Assembly (NCBI GenBank): GCA_048885865.1
Contig: JBHLLF010000035.1
Span: 1 to 26,580, forward strand
Origin: Candidatus Hermodarchaeota archaeon
GTDB taxonomy: Archaea > Asgardarchaeota > Thorarchaeia > Thorarchaeales > Thorarchaeaceae
Direction: 5' to 3'
DNA length: 26,580 nucleotides
The notes below the pieces were generated by a model that worked only from the letters and a program-made list of their open reading frames with translations, was not told the origin of the DNA and made no database searches. The position numbers were made by a program, and so were the translations under genes. Of this stretch, positions 26,117 through 26,580 are shown piece by piece; the stretch's first letter is position 1; every line of letters starts with the position of its first letter.

Positions 26117-26580
26117 ATTCGTAAAGACGACAAAGGCCGCATACATCTCAAATTGGTCTTCTACGGACCAAGCCTGGGAGGCAAAACAACAGCTTTGCGT
26201 TGGTTATATGGCAAAGTTGAGGGCCTCCAGAAAGGAGAGTTCACTGCAATCGAGGATGAAACCAACCGTACTCTGTTCTTTGACTATGTTCCAATGAGTG
26301 CCGGAGGTCGAGTGCTATTCGATGTATTTACAGTCGCTGGTCAGAAGCGTCACCGGCACCAAAGAAAAGTAGTGCTTCAGGGCACTGATGGCATATTGTT
26401 TGTCGCTGACTCATCTCCAGATCAGAGAGATGAGAACACAGAGAGCTTTGAGGAGCTCAAGCTCTTCCTGGGAGATGCTCTGGGGCGCGAAATTCCAATT
26501 GTGGTCATGCTAAACAAGCGAGACCTACCTAATAGAATGTCTCGAGATGAGATGCTAGACCTTCTCGGTCTTGGAGGCAA
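26117..26580 (+). CDS. MglA-family small GTPase, truncated at the window end
   Basis: Manual translation IRKDDKGRIHLKLVFYGPSLGGKTT...DETNRTLFFDY...VFTVAGQ...VLQGTDGILFVADS...VVMLNKRDLP. G1, switch-I RTLFFD, G3 TVxGQ and G4 NKRD match MglA-type GTPases. Confidence 0.9.
   Translation, partial: MRKDDKGRIHLKLVFYGPSLGGKTTALRWLYGKVEGLQKGEFTAIEDETNRTLFFDYVPMSAGGRVLFDVFTVAGQKRHRHQRKVVLQGTDGILFVADSSPDQRDENTESFEELKLFLGDALGREIPIVVMLNKRDLPNRMSRDEMLDLLGLGG

Noticed and set aside
1-26580. CRISPR arrays, tRNA/rRNA genes, transposases or integrases
   Set aside because: No regularly spaced repeats, cloverleaf-like segments or recombinase motifs were seen, and the intergenic gaps are short.

Overview
This is a gene-dense archaeal window, most likely from an Asgard archaeon (Thorarchaeota-like). 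That placement is an inference from eS8, archaeal-type Rqc2 and Smc-ScpAB, several roadblock/LC7 genes, a Sec23/24-like protein and a PCI-like protein. The left part holds a minus-strand run of rqc2, two CBS proteins and dihydroorotase (truncated at the window edge), then an EMC6/RAB5IF(OPTI)-like membrane protein and a prepilin peptidase. The middle holds class I fumarate hydratase alpha/beta, a soluble thiol:fumarate reductase (TfrAB-type), a methyltransferase, three unusual hypothetical proteins (His-repeat helical; SHOCT-PCI-Zn ribbon; Lys-rich plus HEAT), hypA, hypE, rps8e and an overlapping smc-scpA-scpB operon. The right end is the most interesting part: three roadblock proteins, a small 2-TM protein, a Sec23/24-like Zn-finger-vWA-beta-sandwich protein and an MglA-type small GTPase. 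The GTPase is missing from the ORF track, runs off the window and appears to start at a non-canonical ATT codon. I found no rRNA, tRNA, CRISPR array or mobile element. All family assignments come from recognising motifs by eye; no searches were run.
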